From positions 1-38,904 of IMG/VR virus record IMGVR_UViG_3300030330_005386: 38,904 nt of DNA; one strand, 5' to 3'. The translations under genes were made by a program, and so were the position numbers. The DNA comes from a virus. The notes beneath the pieces were generated by a model. That model saw only the letters and a list, made by a program, of their open reading frames with translations. It was not told the DNA's origin and did not search any database. Positions 10,858 to 19,012 of this stretch are shown here, piece after piece; position 1 is the stretch's first letter, and the number at the start of each line of letters is the position of its first letter.

Positions 10858-10942
10858 TAGGAATGGGGAGACTTGAACTCCCACGGGCATAATGCCCAAC
10901 TGATTTTAAGTCAGGTGCGTCTACCGATTCCGCCACACTCCC
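10858..10942 (-). tRNA. tRNA-Leu (anticodon TAA)
   Basis: GGGAGTGTGGCGGAATCGGTAGACGCACCTGACTTAAAATCAGTTGGGCATTATGCCCGTGGGAGTTCAAGTCTCCCCATTCCT; class II tRNA with variable arm (GGGCATTATGCCC) and CTTAAAA anticodon loop. Confidence 0.95.
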
Positions 10943-11021
10943 AAAAAATCACTCCTTCCAGGTGGGAGGGTGAAATCTACAATATTCATTGAATGTAATC
11001 TTCATCTCCTTATTAGTCAGA

Positions 11022-11192
11022 TTAGCATTCTTCGCTGCTTTCGGCAAATTCCATTTCGCAGCGAATAACATTTCCATAGACTGACGGGTTTCTGCTCTCA
11101 TACTCGTAACACTTAAGAATTTCTTCGTAAAACCCTACAGGGTAAATTTTTGCCGGGATTTTTTTTGGGGCTTTTTTGGAATTAAAGCTCAT
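11022..11192 (-). CDS. Small hypothetical protein; internal start MSFNSKK preferred over the ORF-track start at 11252
   Basis: Starting at 11192 removes the overlap with the 11200..11418 ORF; protein MSFNSKKAPKKIPAKIYPVGFYEEILKCYEYE.... Confidence 0.45.
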   Translation of the reverse strand: MSFNSKKAPKKIPAKIYPVGFYEEILKCYEYESRNPSVYGNVIRCEMEFAESSEEC

Positions 11193-11199
11193 TTTTCCC

Positions 11200-11418
11200 T
11201 CAGAGAGGATTGGAATACGCAATGGTATTTTCGGGTGCGGTAGCACGAACAAAGGACAACACGTTCATGAACTCATCCATTGTCGTGCAGTCCACCACCT
11301 TCTCATCACCCTCGTTGGAGTAAAGATAAAAGTTGCGGGCAGAAGGATCGATGACGACTCGGGTGAGAAATTCGTCTTGCATTGGTGTTCCCTTGATTAC
11401 CCACATATTATAGAGCAC
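11200..11418 (-). CDS. Hypothetical protein (72 aa)
   Basis: Starts 1 nt after the 11419..11661 ORF ends, consistent with operon packing. Confidence 0.6.
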   Translation of the reverse strand: MLYNMWVIKGTPMQDEFLTRVVIDPSARNFYLYSNEGDEKVVDCTTMDEFMNVLSFVRATAPENTIAYSNPL

Positions 11419-11661
11419 TCAGGCATCCTTGTCAAGCAACTCACCGATGATTATGTAGTAGCAATCGACAGGTAACCCGTTGGTATCCAGAGTAATCTCT
11501 CTACCCTGACGACGCTTGACACGAAGATCTTGATTTGCTCCTACCTGTGTCAAGTGAATGGTAATGGAGTCCATATCAATATCCTCTTCCCATGATTCTG
11601 GGATGATAATTTCCTTTTTAGTTGTTCTGCCGTGCAGAAATTCAAAGTTTGGTTCAATCAT
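11419..11661 (-). CDS. Stand-alone copy of the fibre C-terminal domain also present in 13118..14095
   Basis: GRTTKKEIIIPESWEEDIDMDSITIHLTQVGANQDLRVKRRQGREITL aligns by eye with GKLDGEHIIKLPDYWKGLIDYDTISVHLTPFGRKDNLYVKDIQEDRIIV. Confidence 0.75.
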   Translation of the reverse strand: MIEPNFEFLHGRTTKKEIIIPESWEEDIDMDSITIHLTQVGANQDLRVKRRQGREITLDTNGLPVDCYYIIIGELLDKDA

Positions 11662-13118
11662 TGTACGACATCCGATACTGTAGTGTTATTAATAAGAACT
11701 TGTAGTGATTCAAGTTCATCCATTTCCTCATTTAATTGTCCTAGAATTTTTCTTGTGCCATGTATTCCAAGTTGAATACGATTTCTCTCAGTTCTCAATG
11801 CGTTATTACTTTGTTCTAATATAACGTTGTCACTATTTTGTGCTGTCAGTGCAGTCTCTTTAGTGCTTGAAATACCTAAAGCATTTGTAATTTGATTCTC
11901 AATATCGCTAGAACAATTAGATAGAGAAGTATAATTACCCGTAAGATCGGTAACAGTTATTCTATCTCCTTCAGTAGCTCTTGTTAATCCATCGACAGGA
12001 GCGTGTCCAAAACCAATTCTATAAAACTTTTGTCCTGCTCCTACTTCTGGTTCAACTTTTCCACCATGTTCGAGTGGTAGAAATTTCAACGCTGAATTCC
12101 ACGTTGCAAATTTTACATTGACACCTGAGTTATCAATGTAAGCAGATATACCCGTACCTAATGTGCTGGTGTTTGCAATACTAATAGTTTGTGGTGTGAA
12201 AGGATCTTGATTAAAAGGAATGTCATATCGTTTTCTACCACCAAATCTAAATGCAATAGGATCGTCCAGTGCTCTAAACTCCACAAACGAACCGTCAGAT
12301 TCTGGAGCAGAGGCAGGAGCACCACAATTAGTATCCATTGATAAAATATTAACTGTGACAGCAGTGCTACCAATACCTGATGATGGAATAGAACGGATGT
12401 CCTTTAAAGCCGTTGAGATTCCCACAATTTTTGCATTATTAGGAAAGATAGCAGTTTTTCCTGCACTAACGACAATTTGTCCAACACCAAAAGTTAAACC
12501 AGATCCCACTGGTTGCATCACAGTTACTTCCGTAGATCCAATACTACAAGTACCGATGAACTCACCAATTAATGTGTCGCCAATATCTTTATCATAAGGT
12601 TCTGAATATATTTTCAATCCATATCTGTTTCTTCTATCAAATCCAAAGTATGGGTTATTTACAAAATCATTTATCTCCTCAATTTCATTTCCATAAGTTT
12701 GACTAGCGGGATAATAAGTTACAATACCAGTAACACCCACATATGCAACCGTGCTACCAATACCTGCATTTGAGTCAATATTAGTGTCGGTTAAACTATA
12801 TCCTCCGGGGTTAAGTCTAGTACATTCTAATGTGTACTCATCATCTTCAATCCCTGACGTAAAATCAACAATTCTCCAAAATAAATCACTTTTACAATCA
12901 CTGGCAATTGCTGCATCATATGCCTCACTTACCGCATCAAATGATTTATTAACAACATCAAGGCGGTTCAAAAGTTCTAGTTCAATCCTAACAATACCTT
13001 CATCATACAAAGATTTTTGATCGTCAAACTCAACAATCTGATCTTGAAGTTTCTCGATGTTCATTACTTTGAAATCGATATCTTCTTGTGCTCTATTTAC
13101 AAGTTCTGTAGATAACAT
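11658..13118 (-). CDS. Virion structural protein (486 aa), function unresolved
   Basis: Long ORF inside the structural operon; N-terminal coiled-coil-like and C-terminal helical segments flank beta-rich sequence. Confidence 0.75.
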   Translation of the reverse strand: MLSTELVNRAQEDIDFKVMNIEKLQDQIVEFDDQKSLYDEGIVRIELELLNRLDVVNKSFDAVSEAYDAAIASDCKSDLFWRIVDFTSGIEDDEYTLECTRLNPGGYSLTDTNIDSNAGIGSTVAYVGVTGIVTYYPASQTYGNEIEEINDFVNNPYFGFDRRNRYGLKIYSEPYDKDIGDTLIGEFIGTCSIGSTEVTVMQPVGSGLTFGVGQIVVSAGKTAIFPNNAKIVGISTALKDIRSIPSSGIGSTAVTVNILSMDTNCGAPASAPESDGSFVEFRALDDPIAFRFGGRKRYDIPFNQDPFTPQTISIANTSTLGTGISAYIDNSGVNVKFATWNSALKFLPLEHGGKVEPEVGAGQKFYRIGFGHAPVDGLTRATEGDRITVTDLTGNYTSLSNCSSDIENQITNALGISSTKETALTAQNSDNVILEQSNNALRTERNRIQLGIHGTRKILGQLNEEMDELESLQVLINNTTVSDVVQ

Positions 13119-14095
13119 TATTCTCTCACGTCGTAAGTGTATCCAGCGATAGAATGATCGGATTGATCACCTGGGTAGTCAGCAGGGGAGTTTCCTTCAT
13201 ATTCTACAATCATCTCACCAAGTCTGTCTGCCCATACCTGATAGAAGCATTTAACATTAGTGAGGTGATCACCCGTTACAATAATTCTATCTTCTTGTAT
13301 ATCTTTTACATACAAGTTATCTTTTCTCCCAAATGGAGTAAGATGTACAGATATTGTATCATAATCTATCAAACCTTTCCAGTAGTCTGGCAATTTAATG
13401 ATGTGTTCTCCATCAAGTTTACCTCTGACATAAACAGCACTCTCTGGCCCTTCAACACAGGTATGTCTTAGACGCCAACCCTCTTTATTAGGATGCTGAA
13501 TGTCAAAGTTCTTCTTAGCAGCAAGAACATTACCACCCGTATCGGAAACGGTAAAAGCAACTGCAGGCCCTGATGTTACGGTGGGGCCAACTAAGGCCTT
13601 TGCAGATGCTCTAACTTCAGCGCCAGACTGTGCTTCAACACCAGTTTTTACCTCTGCCCCCGTTTCAATCTTGACACCAATTTTCTTCATCAAAGAAATA
13701 ATATTGATATCAAGTGGTGATACTGTTTTCTTTGATACCGCATTGATTTCAAGCACAATGGTTGTTGCCATCGTGATTCCCACAGGGCCTAAAGGATCAC
13801 CAATCACCACATCAATAGGAGTTGATGCCGGAGGGGGAAGTCCTCTAATATGAACAATTGAGGGTGCTTTAAATGCAAGCGGATTGGTGACAGGATCAGG
13901 ACGTGTTACCTGAAGAGAGGCAGTGTGAAGAGGGAATAAAGCAGAACTTCCAACTAAAACGCTACCATTAAAATATCCAGTGCCAGGAATGGCGGCCGCC
14001 CCTGCCAAATAAGCAGCACATGGAACAGGAGCTACACCTTGAGGAGAGTAGTTTACCTGTAATTGTTTACCAACTAATACGTCTGATACTTCCAT
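13118..14095 (-). CDS. Tail-fibre/baseplate-associated structural protein (325 aa)
   Basis: C-terminal domain KNFDIQHPNKEGWRLRHTCVEGPESAVYVRGKLDGEHIIKLPDYWKGLIDYDTISVHLTPFG, typical of phage fibre/structural proteins. Confidence 0.75.
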   Translation of the reverse strand: MEVSDVLVGKQLQVNYSPQGVAPVPCAAYLAGAAAIPGTGYFNGSVLVGSSALFPLHTASLQVTRPDPVTNPLAFKAPSIVHIRGLPPPASTPIDVVIGDPLGPVGITMATTIVLEINAVSKKTVSPLDINIISLMKKIGVKIETGAEVKTGVEAQSGAEVRASAKALVGPTVTSGPAVAFTVSDTGGNVLAAKKNFDIQHPNKEGWRLRHTCVEGPESAVYVRGKLDGEHIIKLPDYWKGLIDYDTISVHLTPFGRKDNLYVKDIQEDRIIVTGDHLTNVKCFYQVWADRLGEMIVEYEGNSPADYPGDQSDHSIAGYTYDVRE

Positions 14096-14097
14096 TT

Positions 14098-14718
14098 TTA
14101 TTTAAGTAAACTCTCAATTAGTTTTGCAAGTCCTTCACCAAATTGAATGATTGTGTTGGCACCAGAACCCGTAATACCTGAAATGGGTGATACATCAGGT
14201 GCTTCAACAACTTTAAAGTCTCCAGAGGAAACTTTAACTTCACCACCAGTGTTTAAATTAATTTTAGTCTCGGCTGCCATACCGATTCTATCATTAGCAT
14301 TTATCTTTAGTTCACCAGTTCTCATATCAATAGCACTATTTGAATGTATATTTACGAATCCAGTGGTTGTGCCATTGCCTTCAGAGATAAGATCAATATC
14401 TCTTGCCATTATTCTTATTCTACCCCTTGGAGCATATAAAATAATATCACCGTTCTCAGCGTATGTAATGGCAGAGACACCATCAACAGGTTTTTCACCA
14501 CACCTAACATTATATACAGATGGTGCAGACACATTGATAGCACCATCTAAAGTGCCACTCATTTGAAGTCCAATGTATTGCGCTCTCTTGAATGTCGAAG
14601 GAAAAATACGGCGAATCATAATCGCCATTTTATTATTTCTTTTATCAACAGTATCTAATACCAACTCACCAGTGGTATTGCCAAACCTATTATAATCTGG
14701 ACAAGTATTTTCTGCCAT
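14098..14718 (-). CDS. Baseplate spike-like/structural protein (206 aa)
   Basis: C-terminal beta-repeat character (GDIILYAPRGRIRIMARDIDLISEGNGTTTGFVNIHSNSAIDMRTGELKINANDRIGMAAETKINLNTGGEVKVSSGD) resembling spike beta-helices. Confidence 0.6.
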   Translation of the reverse strand: MAENTCPDYNRFGNTTGELVLDTVDKRNNKMAIMIRRIFPSTFKRAQYIGLQMSGTLDGAINVSAPSVYNVRCGEKPVDGVSAITYAENGDIILYAPRGRIRIMARDIDLISEGNGTTTGFVNIHSNSAIDMRTGELKINANDRIGMAAETKINLNTGGEVKVSSGDFKVVEAPDVSPISGITGSGANTIIQFGEGLAKLIESLLK

Positions 14719-17492
14719 TATACCTTACCAACACAATCGATTACTTGCAGAGTTGGGGTGCCAAAAGGAACCACAAATCCAGAATCATTAGGATTAATAA
14801 ATCTAAGAACCGGTTTCAAATCTGCATTAAATCCTGTTTCAGTATTTATTCTAAGAGACGGAAGTGTTGTAAAACCAATACCAGGATTAGTGATATTAGC
14901 GCCAATAATTTGTCCATTTCTGATAATTAAATCAGCAGATCCATTAGTTCCATCACCTATTAAAAGTTGATCTCCATCATTATAACCAAATCCAGGATTT
15001 GATACAAAAATGGAACCTATCGTACTTACAACTTCTTGTCCATCAGTCTGTGTTGATGTAGGAGGTTCATTAGGATCTTCAGGTGTGCCAGGAGGACATC
15101 CAGGTGCAGTGAAAGTCACATAAAATTCAGGAATCTTACCCCAGTTTGGATCAAGTAATTTCTCTCTCATTTTTCTTCCTACTCTAAGGAAGAATTTATT
15201 TTCTAAGAAGAATCTGATATCCTGTTCCGTATAACCCTCAGCAAATGCTCTTTGTGCATCGACTTCAAATCCAAACTGATGCCTAATGCCAGTCTCATAT
15301 GTTTTACCAAAAGAATAATCAAAAGATGTCATGTCCTTTAATTTGGGATTGACACCTGTGATGATACAACCAGGAATCATATCCTCAGTAAAGTTTTCAT
15401 CAATAACAATTGTTGCTTGTCCAGGTAAAGTAACTTCATCACCATAATAAACCCTAACAGTTTGTCCTAAACTGTAAGGAATATCCCATCTGTAATCTGC
15501 TCTGTGAACAGAGGTTTGACATCTGTTTGCCCATACTCTTCCCCCTCCACCTTTATCGCCATAGGGGAATGCTTCATAACCATATCCTGGATCGGTTATG
15601 ACTACATCAATAATTCCTGTTCCATCATCACCAGGCCCTGTTCCATCACCACCACCATCATCACCAGTCCCTGTTCCATCATCACCAGGCCCTGTTCCAT
15701 CACCACCACCATCATCACCAGTCCCTGTTCCATCATCACCAGTCCCACCACCTCCTGGATCTCCATCAATAGGACTTCCATCACCACCACCATCATCACC
15801 AGTCCCACCACCAGTTCCGGTTTCAATAGGACCTATGATTACTGTGCCTGTTCCACCTTGTCCATTGCCGCAGGCATCTACAAATTCTACAAAAGGTGCT
15901 GATGTATAGTTTCCTGAATTTAATATTTGAACGCCAAGAATTTCTCCTGCAGTATTGATGACTGCGTTGGCGGCACCACCAAAACCATTACCACCAAAGA
16001 ACTGTACATTTGGAGGCCCACAATTAACAGCACCTGTGTCACATGATCCATCAAGAACATTTTGCCAGATTGTCCCAGCATTAATATCACCAAGTGGTTC
16101 AAATACTGAACCATCAGCATTTGTGAAATTCCAATCATCGACTAGTTCATCAAATGTTGCAGTGACACTACCAACAGTGCTCGCTGCTGATGATGCCATG
16201 TTTTTTGCTTTATTAAAAACCTGTCCAAAATCCAACGGTTCCAAAGAGGAACTTGAACCGCTAAGAAAATCCCAGTTATCGGTTGAAGGACATATATTTT
16301 CAACAGGACATCTTATAATATCAATTATATCAATTGCAAAATCTATAAGTTCACTAGTAAAATCAATAATATCACCAATAAGTCCACTTAAAGGCCCTAA
16401 AATAGAATTGATAAGTCCAGTTATTCTACCAATAATTTCACCAATTATTCCCCCAAGAATATTTTCAACTAAACATGAGGCAGCGTTAAGAATTCTGTCT
16501 ATGATAGACTTTAAAATATTTCCTACTAGATTTTCTAAACCAAGTAGAATTCTGTAAAACAAACAAGACAATGCGGAAAGAGCTTTGTCTTTGGTTTCAT
16601 TTACAATGTATCTGGTGCTTAGAGGTACATTACCAATGAACTGGTTTACACCAGATGAAACTTTTCTTATCACCCATTTCCTCATCTCCTGCATCAGAGC
16701 AGCAATAATTTGTGAAATATCTTGAGCGGCATTACCTATAGATATTTCATATTCTTCACCACCGATACCTATTCCACTTGCTACATTAAAATTCTGTACA
16801 TCATTTAAAAAATTTTGTGATGTTTGGAGAAAACTATCTTCACCCAATAAACCAGTTCTGAGTTCCTCAATCTGTTTTATTAATCGATCAATAGCATCAT
16901 TTACACCAGCAGTATTTACAGGAGCACATGCCTTGGGCATGGTTGGTGTTTTGGTGTTTAATGGTTTTGCTTCCTTGTCTGAAAATTTAGAAGTTTTCTG
17001 TGTTCCAAATAATTCGTTTGTTGTTGGGTTTGTTGTAACTGAGGTATCGGGCACAACAGATTGCCCCGGTATAAAACCACTTAATGCCGCTACGCCCTGA
17101 GCTTGATTTCTACCGTCTTCCAATAAGTTCCTAACAAAATTAGGGACTACTGCTTCTATTTGATATGTGCCACTATTGGGATCTTTAGATACATAAACGA
17201 ATGTATTCGGTGTATATCTAATAATACCTACATTCTGTGCTCCCAATCCACTATTAAGTTGAAGCGGATATGCAAGAGGTAATCTATTTTCGGGTTTATC
17301 GGGGGGATCCTCACCTAATATTCTAATTCTGTATCGCTGAGCAACAACATCACCCCCCTGATTAGCACCATGTACGGCACTATCTTGCGTCTCCTCCTGA
17401 GCAGTCGTACCTACGATTACAGCAATCTTTCTGTAATGTTCAGCAAAACCTTTTGCTATTTGTAGTGATTCGTATCTGCTCGAAAGTCCCAT
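14718..17492 (-). CDS. gp5-like baseplate hub/spike structural protein (924 aa) with low-complexity Gly/Asp linker
   Basis: N-terminal OB-like segment (AVHGANQGGDVVAQRYRIRILGEDPPDKPENRLPLAYPLQ), position in hub operon, central DDGGGDGTGPGDDGTGTG repeats. Confidence 0.65.
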   Translation of the reverse strand: MGLSSRYESLQIAKGFAEHYRKIAVIVGTTAQEETQDSAVHGANQGGDVVAQRYRIRILGEDPPDKPENRLPLAYPLQLNSGLGAQNVGIIRYTPNTFVYVSKDPNSGTYQIEAVVPNFVRNLLEDGRNQAQGVAALSGFIPGQSVVPDTSVTTNPTTNELFGTQKTSKFSDKEAKPLNTKTPTMPKACAPVNTAGVNDAIDRLIKQIEELRTGLLGEDSFLQTSQNFLNDVQNFNVASGIGIGGEEYEISIGNAAQDISQIIAALMQEMRKWVIRKVSSGVNQFIGNVPLSTRYIVNETKDKALSALSCLFYRILLGLENLVGNILKSIIDRILNAASCLVENILGGIIGEIIGRITGLINSILGPLSGLIGDIIDFTSELIDFAIDIIDIIRCPVENICPSTDNWDFLSGSSSSLEPLDFGQVFNKAKNMASSAASTVGSVTATFDELVDDWNFTNADGSVFEPLGDINAGTIWQNVLDGSCDTGAVNCGPPNVQFFGGNGFGGAANAVINTAGEILGVQILNSGNYTSAPFVEFVDACGNGQGGTGTVIIGPIETGTGGGTGDDGGGDGSPIDGDPGGGGTGDDGTGTGDDGGGDGTGPGDDGTGTGDDGGGDGTGPGDDGTGIIDVVITDPGYGYEAFPYGDKGGGGRVWANRCQTSVHRADYRWDIPYSLGQTVRVYYGDEVTLPGQATIVIDENFTEDMIPGCIITGVNPKLKDMTSFDYSFGKTYETGIRHQFGFEVDAQRAFAEGYTEQDIRFFLENKFFLRVGRKMREKLLDPNWGKIPEFYVTFTAPGCPPGTPEDPNEPPTSTQTDGQEVVSTIGSIFVSNPGFGYNDGDQLLIGDGTNGSADLIIRNGQIIGANITNPGIGFTTLPSLRINTETGFNADLKPVLRFINPNDSGFVVPFGTPTLQVIDCVGKV
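15615..15750. repeat. 54-bp (18-aa) in-frame tandem repeat encoding DDGTGTGDDGGGDGTGPG-type units
   Basis: catcatcaccagtccctgttccatcatcaccaggccctgttccatcaccaccac occurs in successive copies; related shorter units continue to about 15810. Confidence 0.85.
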
Positions 17493-17495
17493 CTA

Positions 17496-17723
17496 TCAAT
17501 TGTCGTGTGTTTTACACTCGGGTGCGCCAGGTTCCATTTCGCAATAGAGTTCAAGTGCAGTAGGATCATGGTGATCTCCTGCTTCAATTTCTTCCTTATG
17601 ATTTTCAACGTAAACTTCAAGTTCGTGAAGTTCTTCTTCGATGTGACGGCGTTGTTGTGGAGACGTTGTGGGATTCTCAAGAATCTCCTTGTCCGTTTGG
17701 ATGTGCTTTTCTACGCTTTCCAT
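17496..17723 (-). CDS. Conserved-type small hypothetical protein (75 aa)
   Basis: MESVEKHIQTDKEILENPTTSPQQRRHIEEELHELEVYVENHKEEIEAGDHHDPTALELYCEMEPGAPECKTHDN; abuts neighbouring structural genes. Confidence 0.75.
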   Translation of the reverse strand: MESVEKHIQTDKEILENPTTSPQQRRHIEEELHELEVYVENHKEEIEAGDHHDPTALELYCEMEPGAPECKTHDN

Positions 17724-19012
17724 TAGTTTTTAACTCCGTAAGAATCTCGTACTAAATTTAAACCGGTGAACGCCTGTGTTGGCGTACTGTAATGACACAA
17801 ATCCGCTATCATATATATGCCACTATCCTTGGGGCTCCTTGACTGACTCTTCTTTTGTGAAGTTTCAGGGAATTTACAGAACACCAGATCACCAGCACTC
17901 AATGATAGATCTGCATCAATCACTATATTAAGTGATGAACTGAACTTTTGCCTATAATTTTGTAGTGATTGTAGCGATGTCCTGACAATATCAAAACTAT
18001 TGTCACCTATGTCAGCTATGTCTCCACCTGGAATAATTTTTTGTCCATCATCTTTTGTTTGATGTAACTCAGCAGTTGTTTTATCTCTGTACTCTTTACT
18101 TATAATTGGAAGATTATTTCCTGCAATAATTCCATTTCCTTCTGATGGGGATGTTCTTTCTATCTCTTGAAATCTATCAGCATTTCCAAGTGGATTAAAC
18201 AAATCAAGTTCGGTGTTATAAGCACCCTCTTCAAACTGTTTAAGCATATCATTAATCAATACAAAACTAGACTTCAAAATTTTACCGCTGAAACCAGGAC
18301 TTACGCGATTATCTGCAAATCCTGTCTCCTCAAATTTCTTGATAGTCTTCCCTTTTGTATCAAATATTTTATCAAGAGACTTAAACTTATATCCAGTTGA
18401 AGTTTCCCAGAACAAATATCCTGCACTATCAATACCCTCAGGAACTGATACCTTTTGAACATCAAGACACATTTCAAAAGGATATCTATTATCACCATTA
18501 AATTGAATCTCATTCTCTGATGATTCTGAAGAAAGAATTTTCTCAGTTCCTAAATTTCTTAATGCTTGAGTGATCAGGACATCTGCTTTTCCAATATAAC
18601 TATCAGTCATTCTCCTTTCACTAAGGCAATTATCATATGCCTCTTTTGATACCACTCTAATTGAACAAGATGAATCCCTTACACCCTTTCCTGCAAAGAC
18701 AGTTTTACCAACTCGTAAATCATTATCACCCGACAGATCAATCTGATTACCAAATTGATCTTCTAGTTTAAGTTTGAACTTTTCAGTACCTTGTAGTTTG
18801 ATTGACTCTAATATACCTACAGTGCCCTTAGAACCATCATTAGATTTAGTTGCGGTGCCACTATCAATAATCGTCATATCAACTGTAATATAAGGACACA
18901 GCACACTCTCGCGGTATTCAAGAATGGGAACACCTGCTCTGAGATCAACAGAGTCATCATTCTCATTAGAGAAAACTTCTAGTATTCTATGGTTGAGAGA
19001 CTTTCCTTGCAT
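17723..19012 (-). CDS. Baseplate hub protein, gp27/GpD-like candidate (429 aa)
   Basis: Position between hub/spike and tape-measure-like genes; ADVLITQALRNLGTEKIL and KFSSSLNIVIDADLSLSAGDLVFCKFPE are typical of hub proteins. Confidence 0.55.
   Translation of the reverse strand: MQGKSLNHRILEVFSNENDDSVDLRAGVPILEYRESVLCPYITVDMTIIDSGTATKSNDGSKGTVGILESIKLQGTEKFKLKLEDQFGNQIDLSGDNDLRVGKTVFAGKGVRDSSCSIRVVSKEAYDNCLSERRMTDSYIGKADVLITQALRNLGTEKILSSESSENEIQFNGDNRYPFEMCLDVQKVSVPEGIDSAGYLFWETSTGYKFKSLDKIFDTKGKTIKKFEETGFADNRVSPGFSGKILKSSFVLINDMLKQFEEGAYNTELDLFNPLGNADRFQEIERTSPSEGNGIIAGNNLPIISKEYRDKTTAELHQTKDDGQKIIPGGDIADIGDNSFDIVRTSLQSLQNYRQKFSSSLNIVIDADLSLSAGDLVFCKFPETSQKKSQSRSPKDSGIYMIADLCHYSTPTQAFTGLNLVRDSYGVKN

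Noticed and set aside
10943-10980. Possible intrinsic terminator (TCACCCTCCCACCTGGAAGGAGTGA-TTTTTT, minus strand) just before tRNA-Leu
   Set aside because: Stem is imperfect (bulge and mismatches) and would end directly at the tRNA 5' end; too weak to list without folding calculations.
15615-15810. Short direct repeats resembling a CRISPR array
   Set aside because: Repeats are contiguous with no unique spacers, in frame and encode a linker peptide; no cas genes.
15504-15909. Overlapping ORFs around the Gly/Asp repeat (15504..15902, 15598..15909, 15602..15826) with repetitive SSPVPVPSSPGPVPSPPPSS or TTTIITSPCSIIT products
   Set aside because: Shadow translations of the 54-bp repeat in other frames; the repeat is in frame with the 924-aa hub-like protein.
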